Source: Candidatus Magasanikiibacteriota bacterium (lineage in GTDB: Bacteria > Patescibacteriota > Patescibacteriia > Magasanikbacterales > 2-02-FULL-50-9b). Taken from it: a stretch of 64,000 nucleotides of DNA. A program made the position numbers and the translations under genes. The notes under the pieces are model-generated. The model did no database searches, was not told the DNA's origin, and saw only the letters and a list, made by a program, of their open reading frames with translations. Below, piece after piece: positions 18,862 to 30,000 of this stretch. Every line of letters starts with the position of its first letter. The stretch's first letter is position 1. Location of the stretch: NCBI GenBank assembly GCA_903893485.1, contig CAITMK010000012.1, positions 83,469 through 147,468 of the forward strand. Direction: 5' to 3'.

Positions 18862-19299
18862 ATGGCTTTTAACAATGATATGCAAACAACTCCTCACGAA
18901 GTCGAAACAATTGTCGGTCCAAGCGTTAAAGTCGAAGGTGATTTTAACTCGCAGGGCAATGTTCTGATTCAGGGTGTAGTTTCCGGTAACGTCAAAACAG
19001 AAAAATATTTACAAGTTGAAGAAGGCGCACGCATTAATGCAAATGTTCAGGCTGAAAGTTGCAAAATCTCGGGCGAAGTTCATGGTAATATTCGTGCGAA
19101 AACAAGTTTAGAACTTACCCCAACCGCACACGTTGTTGGTGATATTGAAGCAAAAACATTGATTATTTCACCAGGCGCAATTTTGCACGGTAAATGCAGC
19201 ATGCTTGCCGGCGCCGATGTAGACGGCAAAAAAGGCAAACGCAAAGGCGATGATGCGTATGCAATGCCACGTTCTTTGGAAGATGAGTCAGGCGCATAA
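18862..19299 (+). CDS. Bactofilin (polymer-forming cytoskeletal protein)
   Basis: TIVGPSVKVEGD...I.G.V.GN...V.GDI...GA.L.G.C.M beta-helix pattern. Confidence 0.9.
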   Translation: MAFNNDMQTTPHEVETIVGPSVKVEGDFNSQGNVLIQGVVSGNVKTEKYLQVEEGARINANVQAESCKISGEVHGNIRAKTSLELTPTAHVVGDIEAKTLIISPGAILHGKCSMLAGADVDGKKGKRKGDDAYAMPRSLEDESGA

Positions 19300-19341
19300 T
19301 TTTGCGCGCAATTAGCCGCGGCCACACGCCCGGCCTTCCTT

Positions 19342-20100
19342 ATGTATCTGTATTTGTATGATTCGCTCCTCAAAGAGCGCCAGTACACGGCCGCTTTGAG
19401 CAATTTGGAAACCCAATTGCTTGATCTTGGAATTTCTGGAAAAATCGTACGACTTACGTCACTGTTGTCGCCGCGTCAAATTATCCAAGAAGAAATTCGC
19501 CGTAGCAAAGATTTAAAAACGGTAATTGTGGTGGGTGACGACACTGTGTTCACTAAAATTGTTCAATACGCTGCGGATTTACCGGTTACGTTTGGGTGGG
19601 TGCCAATTGGTCCAAAAACAGAATTGGCCACCCGATTTGGATTGCCCTATGGCGCCGCATGTGCGCCGATTTTGTCTCGCCGCCGCCTCATGAGTGTGGA
19701 TGTTGGTCAATTTAATCAATATTTTTTCATTGATTATTGCACCGTGCCGCTCTGTCACGTTACCATGGTGATCGACAATACCATCACGATTTCTGCAACC
19801 GAAGAAAAAATGAGTTGTCATGTGTGGAATATGGCGTCTCCAAAAAAAGGCGAGATGCCGCCCGGATATACGCCAATGCCCGATGATGGTCAGCTTGAAA
19901 TTGTGCTGCAGCCAATTGCTAAAAAATCTTTTTTTGGTTCAACGATTGCACCAGCAAGTATTTTTCCATTCACCGAAGTTAAAATGAAATTGGAAAAAAC
20001 AACGCCAATCGAAATTGACGGGCACACGGTTAAAGAAAATCAAATCACACTCCGCGTTTCCCCGCAGCCGTTAAAATTGATTGTGGGTAAGGCGGTCTAG
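19342..20100 (+). CDS. Diacylglycerol kinase catalytic-domain-like protein
   Basis: VIVVGDD, G.VPIG, DGQLE, IEIDG motifs (degenerate GGDG). Confidence 0.7.
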   Translation: MYLYLYDSLLKERQYTAALSNLETQLLDLGISGKIVRLTSLLSPRQIIQEEIRRSKDLKTVIVVGDDTVFTKIVQYAADLPVTFGWVPIGPKTELATRFGLPYGAACAPILSRRRLMSVDVGQFNQYFFIDYCTVPLCHVTMVIDNTITISATEEKMSCHVWNMASPKKGEMPPGYTPMPDDGQLEIVLQPIAKKSFFGSTIAPASIFPFTEVKMKLEKTTPIEIDGHTVKENQITLRVSPQPLKLIVGKAV

Positions 20101-20117
20101 CATGATATACTGAGGGC

Positions 20118-22430
20118 ATGAGCACGCTCCTTTTTTTCAAAAAAAAGCAGATAGGTTTTTTGATATTTTTATTTGTTGCGGCAAGTTTTTTTGGGTGCAA
20201 CGTGGTATATGCGGCGCCGGTCTCTTGGTCAAATGCAACTGTTCAGTCGGGAATCACTGCCGAACATTTAAAAATTTTATTTGATGTTTCAAGGGCGGAA
20301 TATCAATCGATTTTTTTAGCAAGCGGTTCATTGATTCTGGATTATGCCTCGTCTGCTTCGGGTGCCCCCTGGGGAATAACTCAAGTTGACGCGTTTACCT
20401 TTGGTGTTGATTCATTTAGTGCTCCGATTTTATTTACCACATCAACGGCGGTATCTGGAATAACACTTCTCGCAAGTCATAGCGCGGGGAATGTGATATT
20501 TTACGGGAGTGGTGATAATGGCGCCTCGTTTTCTGCTGGTGGTACCGTGATTGATAAAATTTATTCCGGGGCAATACAAGGACGTGGGACATCGTCGGGG
20601 CGCTATGCACTTGCGGGATCAATGTTAAATGGCGACACCGGACTTTATGATGTTGAATTCGCAACAACAACAGGCTCAACGGTAAGAGGTTATACTACAT
20701 CAACCGTTGCTTCAGGTTTTTCAAAAGTTCCGACGGTTGATTTTGTATATCAAACTGGGAAATCGGTAATTGCGTATGCAGATGGTCTCGATAATATTTT
20801 GCATGTAGCAACCTCCACCGATGGTCCGCCTTGGACTTCATATGATTTTGTGACACCGTATAGTGGAAATGTGACGCCACCTCATGTGAAAGTCGCTGCA
20901 GACGGCACGATTTGGATTGCATATGAACAATCAAATGGAAGATTTACAAATGCAACAATTAATTTATTGCACTATGATCCTGTTTTAGGTTGGGTTAATG
21001 AAGTGGTTGATACGCTTGGTGTAAGAATTGCCTCATTGGGATACGATTTATCGCTGATAAACGGTACAACGCCGGTGCTTGCGTATTCGAGCCATACATC
21101 GCCGCATACAACACTTCGTATCGCATATCGTAACGGTATTGATTCCGGATGTCTTTCTGGAAGTACCACAATGTATTCATGTAGCGATGTTGCAACGGGC
21201 GCGGATACGATAATCGATGGCGGGGGATCTGGAAATAAAATTAGCGTTGCTGCAGGATCTGGTGAGAATGCTGCGGTAGAATATTCTTCATCAAGTGATG
21301 GAGGCGCTATAAAAGTTGCATATGCTGATCTTTCACCGCTAAATATTCCGGATGTAAACGTGGCGCATTCGGGAATTTATGCGCCAGTTTCAATTGTAAA
21401 TCCGATGGTGGTTATAAATGAAGGAGCTACTACTACAACATCACGGTACGTGCGGATTCATCTTGCGGCGCATTCAGATGCGGGCGTTCAAAGCATGTCT
21501 TTATCGAGCGATCCTTCATTTTATGGGCAGTCTTGGCAGTCATTTCAGCAAGATTCTATATTTGATTTGGGTTCGTCGCCTGGTTTGCAGCGCGTGTATG
21601 CAAAATTTGCAAACAACACCGGTGCGGTTTCTACGGTTACATTTGCAGAAATCATGTATGAACCTGATATTGTTAATGCAGCGCCGCAGGCAGCCGTGCT
21701 GCCGCCAGTCATACCAGTTATATCGTCGGCGCCGCCAATATCAAGCCCGCCAACTCAACCGGTATTTTATGATTATTATTCTGGACCAGAGGTACAACCT
21801 TTTATAAGCGAAACTCCGGCGCCGATTCCTGCGACAACAGAATCACAAATAAAAGTTGCTTGTCCTGAGCGCGCAAACGCTTTTTCAATTGGCGGACGCG
21901 TTTTGCAAATAAATAAAACAGGGAAACTATATGTTGCGATCGATGCGCTTCAGACGCTTTGTGAAATTCCAGACAAAAATGTTTTAGCGTCGTGGGGTGG
22001 AAAGGTTCAGGCGCATGTAGCAACGTTGCCAGCATATCGATTTTCAACGCCGCTACCATTTCGGCCAAGGACTATTGTACGCGCATCAAATGCGGCGACA
22101 AAATATTTTGTAAATACAAAAGGTGAGCTGCAAGCATTTCCATCGAATGCGGCGTTTATAAAATTAGGTTATACGAATTCGCCATCATATGTTTCTGCTA
22201 AAAATGTTCTCGCAAAATATGATCGATCTGCAGCGCTAGTAAATTCGGCAATTCATCCGGATGGCACTTTGTTTGTATTAAACAAGTCGCAGGGTGAATA
22301 TGCAATTTTGCAGGAGCGGACGCTGCATACAATAAGTTTGGCTCGGTTAAAGTTGTATGGTGAACGCCCAACCCGCGCAATTACGCTACAAAAAGGCGAG
22401 TCATACCCCCTGGGTAAAAGTTGGAATTGA
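20118..22430 (+). CDS. Secreted Ser/Thr-rich multidomain surface protein
   Basis: Signal peptide, beta-rich N-region, INEGATTTTS module, Pro-rich linker, basic repeated C-domain. Confidence 0.75.
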   Translation: MSTLLFFKKKQIGFLIFLFVAASFFGCNVVYAAPVSWSNATVQSGITAEHLKILFDVSRAEYQSIFLASGSLILDYASSASGAPWGITQVDAFTFGVDSFSAPILFTTSTAVSGITLLASHSAGNVIFYGSGDNGASFSAGGTVIDKIYSGAIQGRGTSSGRYALAGSMLNGDTGLYDVEFATTTGSTVRGYTTSTVASGFSKVPTVDFVYQTGKSVIAYADGLDNILHVATSTDGPPWTSYDFVTPYSGNVTPPHVKVAADGTIWIAYEQSNGRFTNATINLLHYDPVLGWVNEVVDTLGVRIASLGYDLSLINGTTPVLAYSSHTSPHTTLRIAYRNGIDSGCLSGSTTMYSCSDVATGADTIIDGGGSGNKISVAAGSGENAAVEYSSSSDGGAIKVAYADLSPLNIPDVNVAHSGIYAPVSIVNPMVVINEGATTTTSRYVRIHLAAHSDAGVQSMSLSSDPSFYGQSWQSFQQDSIFDLGSSPGLQRVYAKFANNTGAVSTVTFAEIMYEPDIVNAAPQAAVLPPVIPVISSAPPISSPPTQPVFYDYYSGPEVQPFISETPAPIPATTESQIKVACPERANAFSIGGRVLQINKTGKLYVAIDALQTLCEIPDKNVLASWGGKVQAHVATLPAYRFSTPLPFRPRTIVRASNAATKYFVNTKGELQAFPSNAAFIKLGYTNSPSYVSAKNVLAKYDRSAALVNSAIHPDGTLFVLNKSQGEYAILQERTLHTISLARLKLYGERPTRAITLQKGESYPLGKSWN

Positions 22431-22469
22431 CGAGTTTTGAATCATGTGATATAGTTTTGCCACCTTTTT

Positions 22470-22555
22470 GCGGACGTGGCGGAATGGTATACGCGCCAGC
22501 TTGAGGTGCTGGTGGGGGCAACCCTGTGGAGGTTCGAGTCCTCTCGTCCGCACCA
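22470..22555 (+). tRNA. tRNA-Leu(GAG)
   Basis: GCGGACG/CGTCCGC acceptor, anticodon arm CCAGC-TTGAGGT-GCTGG, long variable arm, GTTCGA, encoded CCA; TTGACG-17-TATAGT promoter upstream. Confidence 0.96.
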
Positions 22556-22683
22556 GGATGGTCACTCTTTATAAAAAAGCAAATCGGACACTAAGATCTT
22601 TCGCACACTTTGTGTGCTCAGGTCTTCGCGCCTCGCTCGCAATTGCGCACTTCGCGCAAGCGCGAGCGCACAATTGCTCACTC

Positions 22684-22760
22684 GGACGCTTAGCTCAGTT
22701 GGTTAGAGCACCTCGTTTACACCGAGGGGGTCGTAAGTTCGAATCTTACAGCGTCTACCA
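22684..22760 (+). tRNA. tRNA-Val(TAC)
   Basis: GGACGCT/AGCGTCT acceptor, loop TTTACAC, GTTCGAAT, CCA. Confidence 0.96.
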
Positions 22761-22761
22761 C

Positions 22762-22789
22762 AAAAACCGCCTCCTCACAGGCGGTTTTT
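22762..22789 (+). terminator. Terminator after the tRNA pair
   Basis: AAAAACCGCCT-cctcac-AGGCGGTTTTT. Confidence 0.8.
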
Positions 22790-22865
22790 GTATTGGCAAA
22801 AATTGCTATATCTATTTATCACGTTTAACCCTATATTCAATTTATCATTAACAATTAAAAAATAA

Positions 22866-24092
22866 ATGAAAATTTTTAATAAGAAATCACTCGCATTTGC
22901 TTGTGTAATTTCTTCGGCAATTAGTTTGGGCGGCCCAATCGTGGCGTTTGCGGCAGGTCCAGTGACAGTTAACCTATTATCTGCAGGTAACTATACTATT
23001 TTGGCAAAGTCAGGCATTTCAACAACAGGCACTACAAAAATTGTGGGCGACATCGGCGTTAGCCCCGCGGCCGCAACTTTTATTACAGGCTTTGGCCTAA
23101 GCCTAACTGTGGCGAACCCTTACGCAACAGCACCTCAAGTAACGGGTAAAGTTTATTCACCAAATTACGCATCGCCAACACCTACAAACATTTCAACCGC
23201 GGTAAATGATATGCAGACTGCATATACCGATGCGGCAGGTCGCACCAACCCAACTGCAACCGAATTAGGATCGGGGAATATTGGTGGCATGACCTTAGCC
23301 CCAGGATTATATAAATGGGGTACGAGCGTAACAATTCCAAGTAATTTGATATTAGCTGGTGGTGCAGATGATGTTTGGATTTTTCAAATCGCACAAACAC
23401 TCAATGTTAGTTCTGCTACAAAAGTGCTTTTGAGCGGCGACGCACAGGCAAGTAACATTTTTTGGGTGGTTGGTGGCCAAACAACAATTGGCACCACTGC
23501 ATCTTTTGTTGGCAACATTTTAGATCAAACCGCAATTGTATTAAACACCGGTGCATCTTTAGATGGTCGCGCACTCGCTCAAACCGCGGTTACCTTAGAT
23601 TCTAATTCAGTGACGGCTTCAGTGCCAACACTGATTTTAAATCCGACGCCAGTTGCTGTAACACCAGCACCGGTGTTCACGACTCCAACGGTGGTTGTCT
23701 CGCCACAAGCTCCAATCGTGAGTGCTCCTGCGGTAAGCAATGTTATTGCTAGTAATAATGGTCCGATTCCATTTGGCTTGATTTCGGCTCCAGCTGCATC
23801 AAGTTTTGTTGCTGTGCCAGCTGCGGCTGCGACAACTGGTTTGCAGATCAAATCAATCACAAAAAATCTTGTTCAAAGTGGTGCGGGAAATGATATAACG
23901 GTATTACAACAGTTTCTTATTGCGCAGAATAAAGGTTCTGCAGCACGAGCGTTGGGAAAAGTGGGCGCAACCTCACATTTTGGGGTATTAACCCGTGCTG
24001 CTTTGGCGGAGTTTCAGAAAAATGTTGGCATTGTTCCAGCGCTAGGAAATTTTGGCGCAATTACAAGAGCGTATATTAGCTTACATTACTAA
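22866..24092 (+). CDS. DUF3494 ice-binding-like protein with C-terminal peptidoglycan-binding domain
   Basis: ILAKSGIST, GDIGVSP, AY.DAAGR, TLAPGLYKW, WIFQI, NIFWVV, GRALAQTAVTL; C-terminal LQQFL...AALAEFQ. Confidence 0.9.
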   Translation: MKIFNKKSLAFACVISSAISLGGPIVAFAAGPVTVNLLSAGNYTILAKSGISTTGTTKIVGDIGVSPAAATFITGFGLSLTVANPYATAPQVTGKVYSPNYASPTPTNISTAVNDMQTAYTDAAGRTNPTATELGSGNIGGMTLAPGLYKWGTSVTIPSNLILAGGADDVWIFQIAQTLNVSSATKVLLSGDAQASNIFWVVGGQTTIGTTASFVGNILDQTAIVLNTGASLDGRALAQTAVTLDSNSVTASVPTLILNPTPVAVTPAPVFTTPTVVVSPQAPIVSAPAVSNVIASNNGPIPFGLISAPAASSFVAVPAAAATTGLQIKSITKNLVQSGAGNDITVLQQFLIAQNKGSAARALGKVGATSHFGVLTRAALAEFQKNVGIVPALGNFGAITRAYISLHY

Positions 24093-24101
24093 TTAAATTG
24101 T

Positions 24102-24602
24102 ATGAGTCATTTCCGTGTCGGCGTATTAATTTCAAGCATCATATTATTTGGTGCGGGTTGTGCTACGCCGGCACAGCCGGTCGCGGCGATTGTGCCGCCA
24201 AGCTACTATACAAATATCGTTAAAGCCACCAAAGATAATACTGATTTTCGTCGTGTATTATTTACCGGGCCAAATAGTCAGTTGGTGATTATGAATATTC
24301 CGCCTGGCACTGAAGTTGGTGAAGAGACTCATAAATATGCTGAGCAAACTTTATTTTTTTTATCTGGTACGGGCGAGGGAATGCTTGGTGATAAAAAATT
24401 TCCCATTGTGGCAGGTGATGTAGTTATGGTGACCGCGGGCACCAAACATAATTTTTGGAATACCGGCAAAAATGATCTCAAAATATATACGGTGTATGCA
24501 CCACCAAACCATATTGATGGACGCGTGCATCATACCAAGGCAGATGCAGTCGCTGATGTGGCTGATGAAGCCGTGGGCGAGGCCCCACCGAAAATAAAAT
24601 AA
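24102..24602 (+). CDS. Cupin-domain lipoprotein
   Basis: LFGAGC lipobox; FRRVLFTG..SQLV.M, GEETH, AGTKHN, YTVYAPPNH. Confidence 0.85.
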   Translation: MSHFRVGVLISSIILFGAGCATPAQPVAAIVPPSYYTNIVKATKDNTDFRRVLFTGPNSQLVIMNIPPGTEVGEETHKYAEQTLFFLSGTGEGMLGDKKFPIVAGDVVMVTAGTKHNFWNTGKNDLKIYTVYAPPNHIDGRVHHTKADAVADVADEAVGEAPPKIK

Positions 24603-24641
24603 GTGGTATTGAATTTCTAATTGCGTTATAATGATTTTGTT

Positions 24642-24896
24642 ATGCAACAACAGATCATTGGGCTCATTGCAATTGGTGTTGGTTTCAGCATGGTTTATAA
24701 AACCCGAGGCTGGACTGAATTTTTAGGTCGCAACGATTGGGCCGAAGATAAACTCGGTCCTGGTGGCACACAATTATTTTACAAATTAATAGGCACGGGT
24801 ATTTGCATCTTAGGAATTTTTGGAGTAACCGGAATTTTAGATGGCTTTGTTTACGGAATTGCATCGACCGTTTTTATTGGCGCTAAACCACAATGA
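24642..24896 (+). CDS. Small two-TM membrane protein
   Basis: G...WAE..LG.GGT...YKL.G motif; TATAAT upstream. Confidence 0.7.
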   Translation: MQQQIIGLIAIGVGFSMVYKTRGWTEFLGRNDWAEDKLGPGGTQLFYKLIGTGICILGIFGVTGILDGFVYGIASTVFIGAKPQ

Positions 24897-25471
24897 GTAT
24901 GCAACATCACGGAGTGCCATCATTTACTGAAAACACCGGTGCGGTAATACAACCACTTGCAGTGCTTAAAGGGCTCGGTGTTGGCGCGCATGCCCGCATT
25001 GCAGATTTTGGAGCAGGGCACGGGCATTTTACATTTGCCGCGGCGCAACTCGTTGGCAAAGATGGACTGGTGTATGCCGTTGAAATTCAGGAACCACTCG
25101 TTCTGGCGCTACACCACGAAACAAAATCACGTGCACTTCATAACGTGTATCCGATTCATGCAGACGCAACAGTTTTAGGCGGCACAAAAATCCCTGATGA
25201 TGTGATTGATTTTGTTTTTTTGATGAGTAATCACGTAGATGCGGCGATGCAGCGTGCGATGATGCAGGAGGCAGTGCGCATCACTAAATTACTTGGCAAT
25301 ATAATTGTGATTGATTGGCTTGACGGAGCCACGGTGCCATTTGCGCCTGCAATTACGCAGCGTGTTTCCAAAGAAGACACGCTTAAAAATGGCTTAAGTC
25401 TGGGCCTTGGTGTTATTGACGAATTTCGCCCGGGCAGGTATCATTACGGCGTTAGATTTCACAAACGATAA
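24893..25471 (+). CDS. Class I SAM-dependent methyltransferase
   Basis: IADFGAGHG, VYAVEI, IVIDW, YHYG. Confidence 0.85.
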   Translation: MSMQHHGVPSFTENTGAVIQPLAVLKGLGVGAHARIADFGAGHGHFTFAAAQLVGKDGLVYAVEIQEPLVLALHHETKSRALHNVYPIHADATVLGGTKIPDDVIDFVFLMSNHVDAAMQRAMMQEAVRITKLLGNIIVIDWLDGATVPFAPAITQRVSKEDTLKNGLSLGLGVIDEFRPGRYHYGVRFHKR

Positions 25472-25488
25472 TTCAGGAGGTTCACCGT

Positions 25489-25890
25489 ATGATGCAACTT
25501 TTTACCGTAAACTATTGGTTTGGTTTTCCCGCTTTTATTTCGTCACCATTTTTGACCGCTTTACTGGTTATTTTTGGCATCTCACTTGTTGCCGGCTTAG
25601 CTATCATGGGCAACGAACAAAAAATTCAGAATCGTTTGTATCGTCAGGTTGCGCTTCGTTCTTCATATACTGCAACATGGATTGGTGCTGTCGGTTTGGT
25701 GCTCACGTTCATGCGTGTAGAACGCGCACCACTTTTCATGTATCGTTTTTGGTTTTTGTTTTTAATTACTGTTCTCGTGCTTCAGGTATGGCGCATTCGC
25801 AAATATGCACTGCGTCGCAAAGTACAGCTCGATGAAGAAACGCGCCGTTACGAAACATACGGCAAATATATTCCACACGGCAAAAAGTAA
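25489..25890 (+). CDS. Hypothetical membrane protein
   Basis: Three hydrophobic segments; GGAGG SD. Confidence 0.7.
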   Translation: MMQLFTVNYWFGFPAFISSPFLTALLVIFGISLVAGLAIMGNEQKIQNRLYRQVALRSSYTATWIGAVGLVLTFMRVERAPLFMYRFWFLFLITVLVLQVWRIRKYALRRKVQLDEETRRYETYGKYIPHGKK

Positions 25891-25891
25891 T

Positions 25892-26251
25892 ATGCGCGTC
25901 CGGGGGGACATGGGGGAACACATTGCCCGTCGCTATATCCAAGCGGCGGGTTTTGTTATTGTGGCGAACAATTTTTGTGTTCAAGGCGCCGAGGTGGATA
26001 TTATTGCACGTGCGCCAGATGGCTGTTTGGTTTTTTTTGAGGTGAAGTTGCGGGCGCGCGAACCCGTGGATCATGCGGCCGTGCTGCCACGCGCAAAATT
26101 AGCGCGCATGCAAAAAGCTGCGCGCGCTTTTTTGACGCAGCACCAATGTGGTGGGGCAATGCGATTTGATTTATTACTACTTATTCCAAACGAGGCAGCG
26201 CGCACCATGTGTGTGATTTGGCATAAGAATGTGGGTTTGACGGGGTGGTGA
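25892..26251 (+). CDS. YraN family (UPF0102) nuclease-fold protein
   Basis: G..GE..A..Y, EVDIIA, LVFFEVK.R, RFD. Confidence 0.88.
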   Translation: MRVRGDMGEHIARRYIQAAGFVIVANNFCVQGAEVDIIARAPDGCLVFFEVKLRAREPVDHAAVLPRAKLARMQKAARAFLTQHQCGGAMRFDLLLLIPNEAARTMCVIWHKNVGLTGW

Positions 26252-26295
26252 AATTGCGATATTATAGGGGCGTTCAATATTTTCTTTCTCACTCC

Positions 26296-26372
26296 GGGCA
26301 ATTAGCTCAGTTGGTTAGAGCGCTACATTGACATTGTAGAGGTCAGAAGTTCGAATCTTCTATTGCCCACCA
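26296..26372 (+). tRNA. tRNA-Val(GAC)
   Basis: GGGCAAT/ATTGCCC acceptor, CTACA-TTGACAT-TGTAG, GTTCGAAT, CCA; terminator ATCCACC/GGTGGAT-T follows. Confidence 0.96.
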
Positions 26373-26469
26373 AAAAAATCCACCCACGTCGGTGGATTTT
26401 TTTATCCACAGAAATATTGAACACAAATTGTATGCTATACTTTAAAGTATCAAATTCTTAAAATTTTTT

Positions 26470-27030
26470 ATGATTAATAAAAATAATCTCGCAATCCTTG
26501 GAAGTGTAATACTTTCACTTGGAACTGCAGCGCCTCTTGGTGTGTTTGCTGCAAATGTGCCAAGTGTAAAACCGCCTACTGTGGTAAGAGCGCCACAAGC
26601 GATGACAGGTCAACATGGAAAGACTGGTGTACTTACACACCAAAGTCATTTATTTGGTACGGTCACCGCAGTTAACGCATCAGGTTTTACCTTTACCAGC
26701 GATTCCCTGAGCGCGCCAAAAAAAATGAAAACAGCAAGTGGAACAGCATTGTCAGCCGCCCCACTGGATTTCACGGTGCAGACAGATACTAAGACGCTTA
26801 CACTTGCTATCGGTGCTCAATCTGCAGGCAGTCAAGCAGCCGTTAAAGTCGGTGATCATATACTTGTCATGGGTAATTTAAATAATACAACAAATACTGT
26901 AGCGGCAACACGCATTATGATTATGCCTGCACCAGGTGCTGTAAGACAGTTTACTCCAGATAAAACAGGTCTGAGTAAATTTATGCAAGCAAAGTTGCCA
27001 GCGGGTTTTAAACCACTCACCAAAAAATAA
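26470..27030 (+). CDS. Secreted DUF5666-like (OB-fold-like) protein
   Basis: Signal peptide; GTVTAVN...VKVGD.I.V.G...A..I pattern. Confidence 0.6.
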   Translation: MINKNNLAILGSVILSLGTAAPLGVFAANVPSVKPPTVVRAPQAMTGQHGKTGVLTHQSHLFGTVTAVNASGFTFTSDSLSAPKKMKTASGTALSAAPLDFTVQTDTKTLTLAIGAQSAGSQAAVKVGDHILVMGNLNNTTNTVAATRIMIMPAPGAVRQFTPDKTGLSKFMQAKLPAGFKPLTKK

Positions 27031-27062
27031 AATAAGCAAGTTCTTTCAACAGACCCTATAAC

Positions 27063-30000
27063 ATGAACCTGCTTTTCAGAAAAAAAAGCGCATACATACT
27101 ACTGAGCATCATGAATGCCACCATGTTGTTGCTTTTTTTGCCGACTTCAGTTCATGCAACACCTGTATCACATCCAGGACAAATTAAAATTTCAGTTTTT
27201 GATGAACTTCGCCAGCCGGTTCAAAATGCGGATATCGGAGTGAGTTGTGGAAATAGTTCACCTGTTGATACGGGTATTCCCACAGATTATTCAGGAACCG
27301 AATATATCGATCCGGCCACGTTGTTGGGCGCGAGTTGCGTAAGCGGCGATCCGATTATTATTCAGGTTGCAAGCAGCACCTTGGTAACTCAAACATATCC
27401 GGTTATCAATGCCGCATCCAATTATTATTCTGATATTGATCCGGATAGCGCCCTGACATATCATGACGGTTCAAATAACGTATATTCATTCGGTGTTGAA
27501 ACAACTGGTCAATACGATGCATCGTTTTGGAACATGTCGGATGATCCGCTTGGTCTGAGTTTTCCAACGGGTACACCAGACGCAGTGGTCCCAAACTATT
27601 CTGGCACGCCACTTTTAAATTTTGATTGGAGCGGTTCTAGTCCAACAGGGGGCATTAGCGGCTATGATTGGGATGCTGAATTTACGAAAACAGTTACGAC
27701 AGGAGAGGGCATGTACGAATTTGATGCGGGTGTAGATGATGGAATACGCGTATACATAGATGATACACCTCTGACTCCCGACGGCTGGACAACGCAGGGC
27801 ATTGGCACACTGTATTCATGGAAGACTCACCTTACTGCAGGATCGCACACGATTAAAGTTGATTATTTTCAAGGTGGCGGAGGCTCTGCGCTCAAGACTG
27901 CATTTTATCCAATTTTTCCCGCAAGTCCTGTCTTAAGTGTTGTAAAACCAATTATTTCTCCGCTCGATGACGCATTTTCGTCGCCAATAATAACCATTAA
28001 TGCATCGGTCGCTGGAAATATTACCTCAAGTGGAAGCTGTAGTTATTCAGGAAGTGTGAATAGCGGCAATACGGACATTCCACTTTCACTTTCTCCGCTT
28101 GATGGCGACCATAGCGATTGCACGCTCACACTTACTGATCCAAGTACAGATTTATCAAATACAATTAGCGTGCCAAGCTTTACCGCGGCTTCGGGCTATC
28201 AGACACACTACATTTCAAGCTGTCAGGATCTTGAAAATGTTGGTAATAATCCAAATACATATCTCGATCAAATCACCTTAACAAATTCAATTGATTGTAC
28301 CGGAATCGATTTTGCACCGCTTTCATTTGGAGGCAACGCATTTCAAGGTTTTTTTGATGGGGGGTATAACACAATTTCAAATCTTTCAATTAATCAGCCG
28401 GGGATTGACGGTGTCGGTCTTTTTTCTGCGACCAACGCCGCCCTCATGGGAAACGTGACGATTACAGGGTCGGGCGTGGCGGGTCGCAACGAGGTGGGTG
28501 CGTTTGTTGGTTATGCGCGTAACACAAATTTTGTGAGCGTTTCAAGTACGATGGCGGTATCCAATGGTACCGGATCCGGTAGTTGGGGTGTTGGTGGTTT
28601 GGTCGGATACTTAAATTATGATGATGGTTTGAATCATAACCTGAATCATTTGTATGTTAGCGGTACGGTTACCTCCACTGCCAGCACAATCGGTGGTATT
28701 GCTGGTGAAATGGATGTCACTTATGCTGGCACAAATGTTTTGGTTCAATCAGTTACTTCAACAGCAGTTATCGGATCGGCGGATTTTCCGTCATCAGAAA
28801 GCGGTGGACTTTTTGGAGATGTTTGGTCAATTAATACTTCAGACGCCGCATCAACTACTTTGACAATTGATCACGCGTACGCAAGTGGTGATGTTTTTGG
28901 TGGAGGCGGTGGTTGGAGTAATACAGGCGGTCTTGTTGGATTATTCGAATCAGTTACGAATGGCGGCCCACTCGCAATTTCAGTTACTTCATCAACTGCT
29001 GCGGGAAATGTTACAAGCAATAATGGATATGCTGGTGGATTTATCGGGGATAACGTTATTTATTATGCAGACCATGATTTTCAACAGACATTTGATGGCG
29101 ACTTAGCAACAGGTTCTGTAGTAGGGGATGCGTTTAGTCGGTATGTCGGTGGTTTTCTTGGGTTTGTAAACATGAATAATGATGCTGGCGTTCACCAGGA
29201 ACTACTCATAAAAAATAGTGTAGCATCTGGCAGTACAGTTCAAGGCTACTTATATGTTGGTGGTTTTGTTGGTGGTGATGATGGCGATTCCGGGCAAGTG
29301 AGACTTAATTACGATTACTCGAGCGGTGGTTTGATTTTCCAAAATGACTATTCTTCTGCAAACGTGACTCATGCGGTGGACAGCAGTAATAATTATTTTG
29401 GTGGATTTGCAGGTATTTTAAATGGCAACGCATCCGATAGTATTCAGTACCCAGCTGCGATTGCTGTCGATCAGTGTGCCGCGGTTGGTTCTGTTACCGC
29501 AGAAAATAGTGCTGCAGTTGGTGGTTTTGTTGGCGAAATTGATGGTAATGTTGCGATAACAAATTCGTATAGTACGGGCGATACGGTAGGGGCTGTTTAC
29601 ACGGGTGGTTTTGTCGGTGTATTAGGCGCCGTGAATCCAGGTTCATTGGTACCAGATGGCATTGCAGCTTCATATAGTACAGGCGCAGTAACTTCTACAA
29701 GCGATTATGCTGGCGGTTTTGCCGGCTATCTTATTACTAGCGAAATGATTGGTGATTATGCTGTCAGTCATGTAAGCACGCCAGGTGATAATCACGGTGG
29801 TTTGATGGGTGGAATTAGTGGTGGAATACCTCCAGCATATGATGTGTATGACCAAGCACGCACGGGTCAAATTGAGCTTATGGCTGGTGCGGGTGTTGAC
29901 GCGCCAATGTTTGGCCTTATGGCAGTAAACGGCGATGGTACTGGGAGTAATCCAGTTCCTGATGACGCCTATTTTTTCAATTCAACCTCAACAGAACCTT

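Noticed and set aside
22468-22851. 127-aa ORF
   Set aside because: Overlaps two tRNA genes and a terminator
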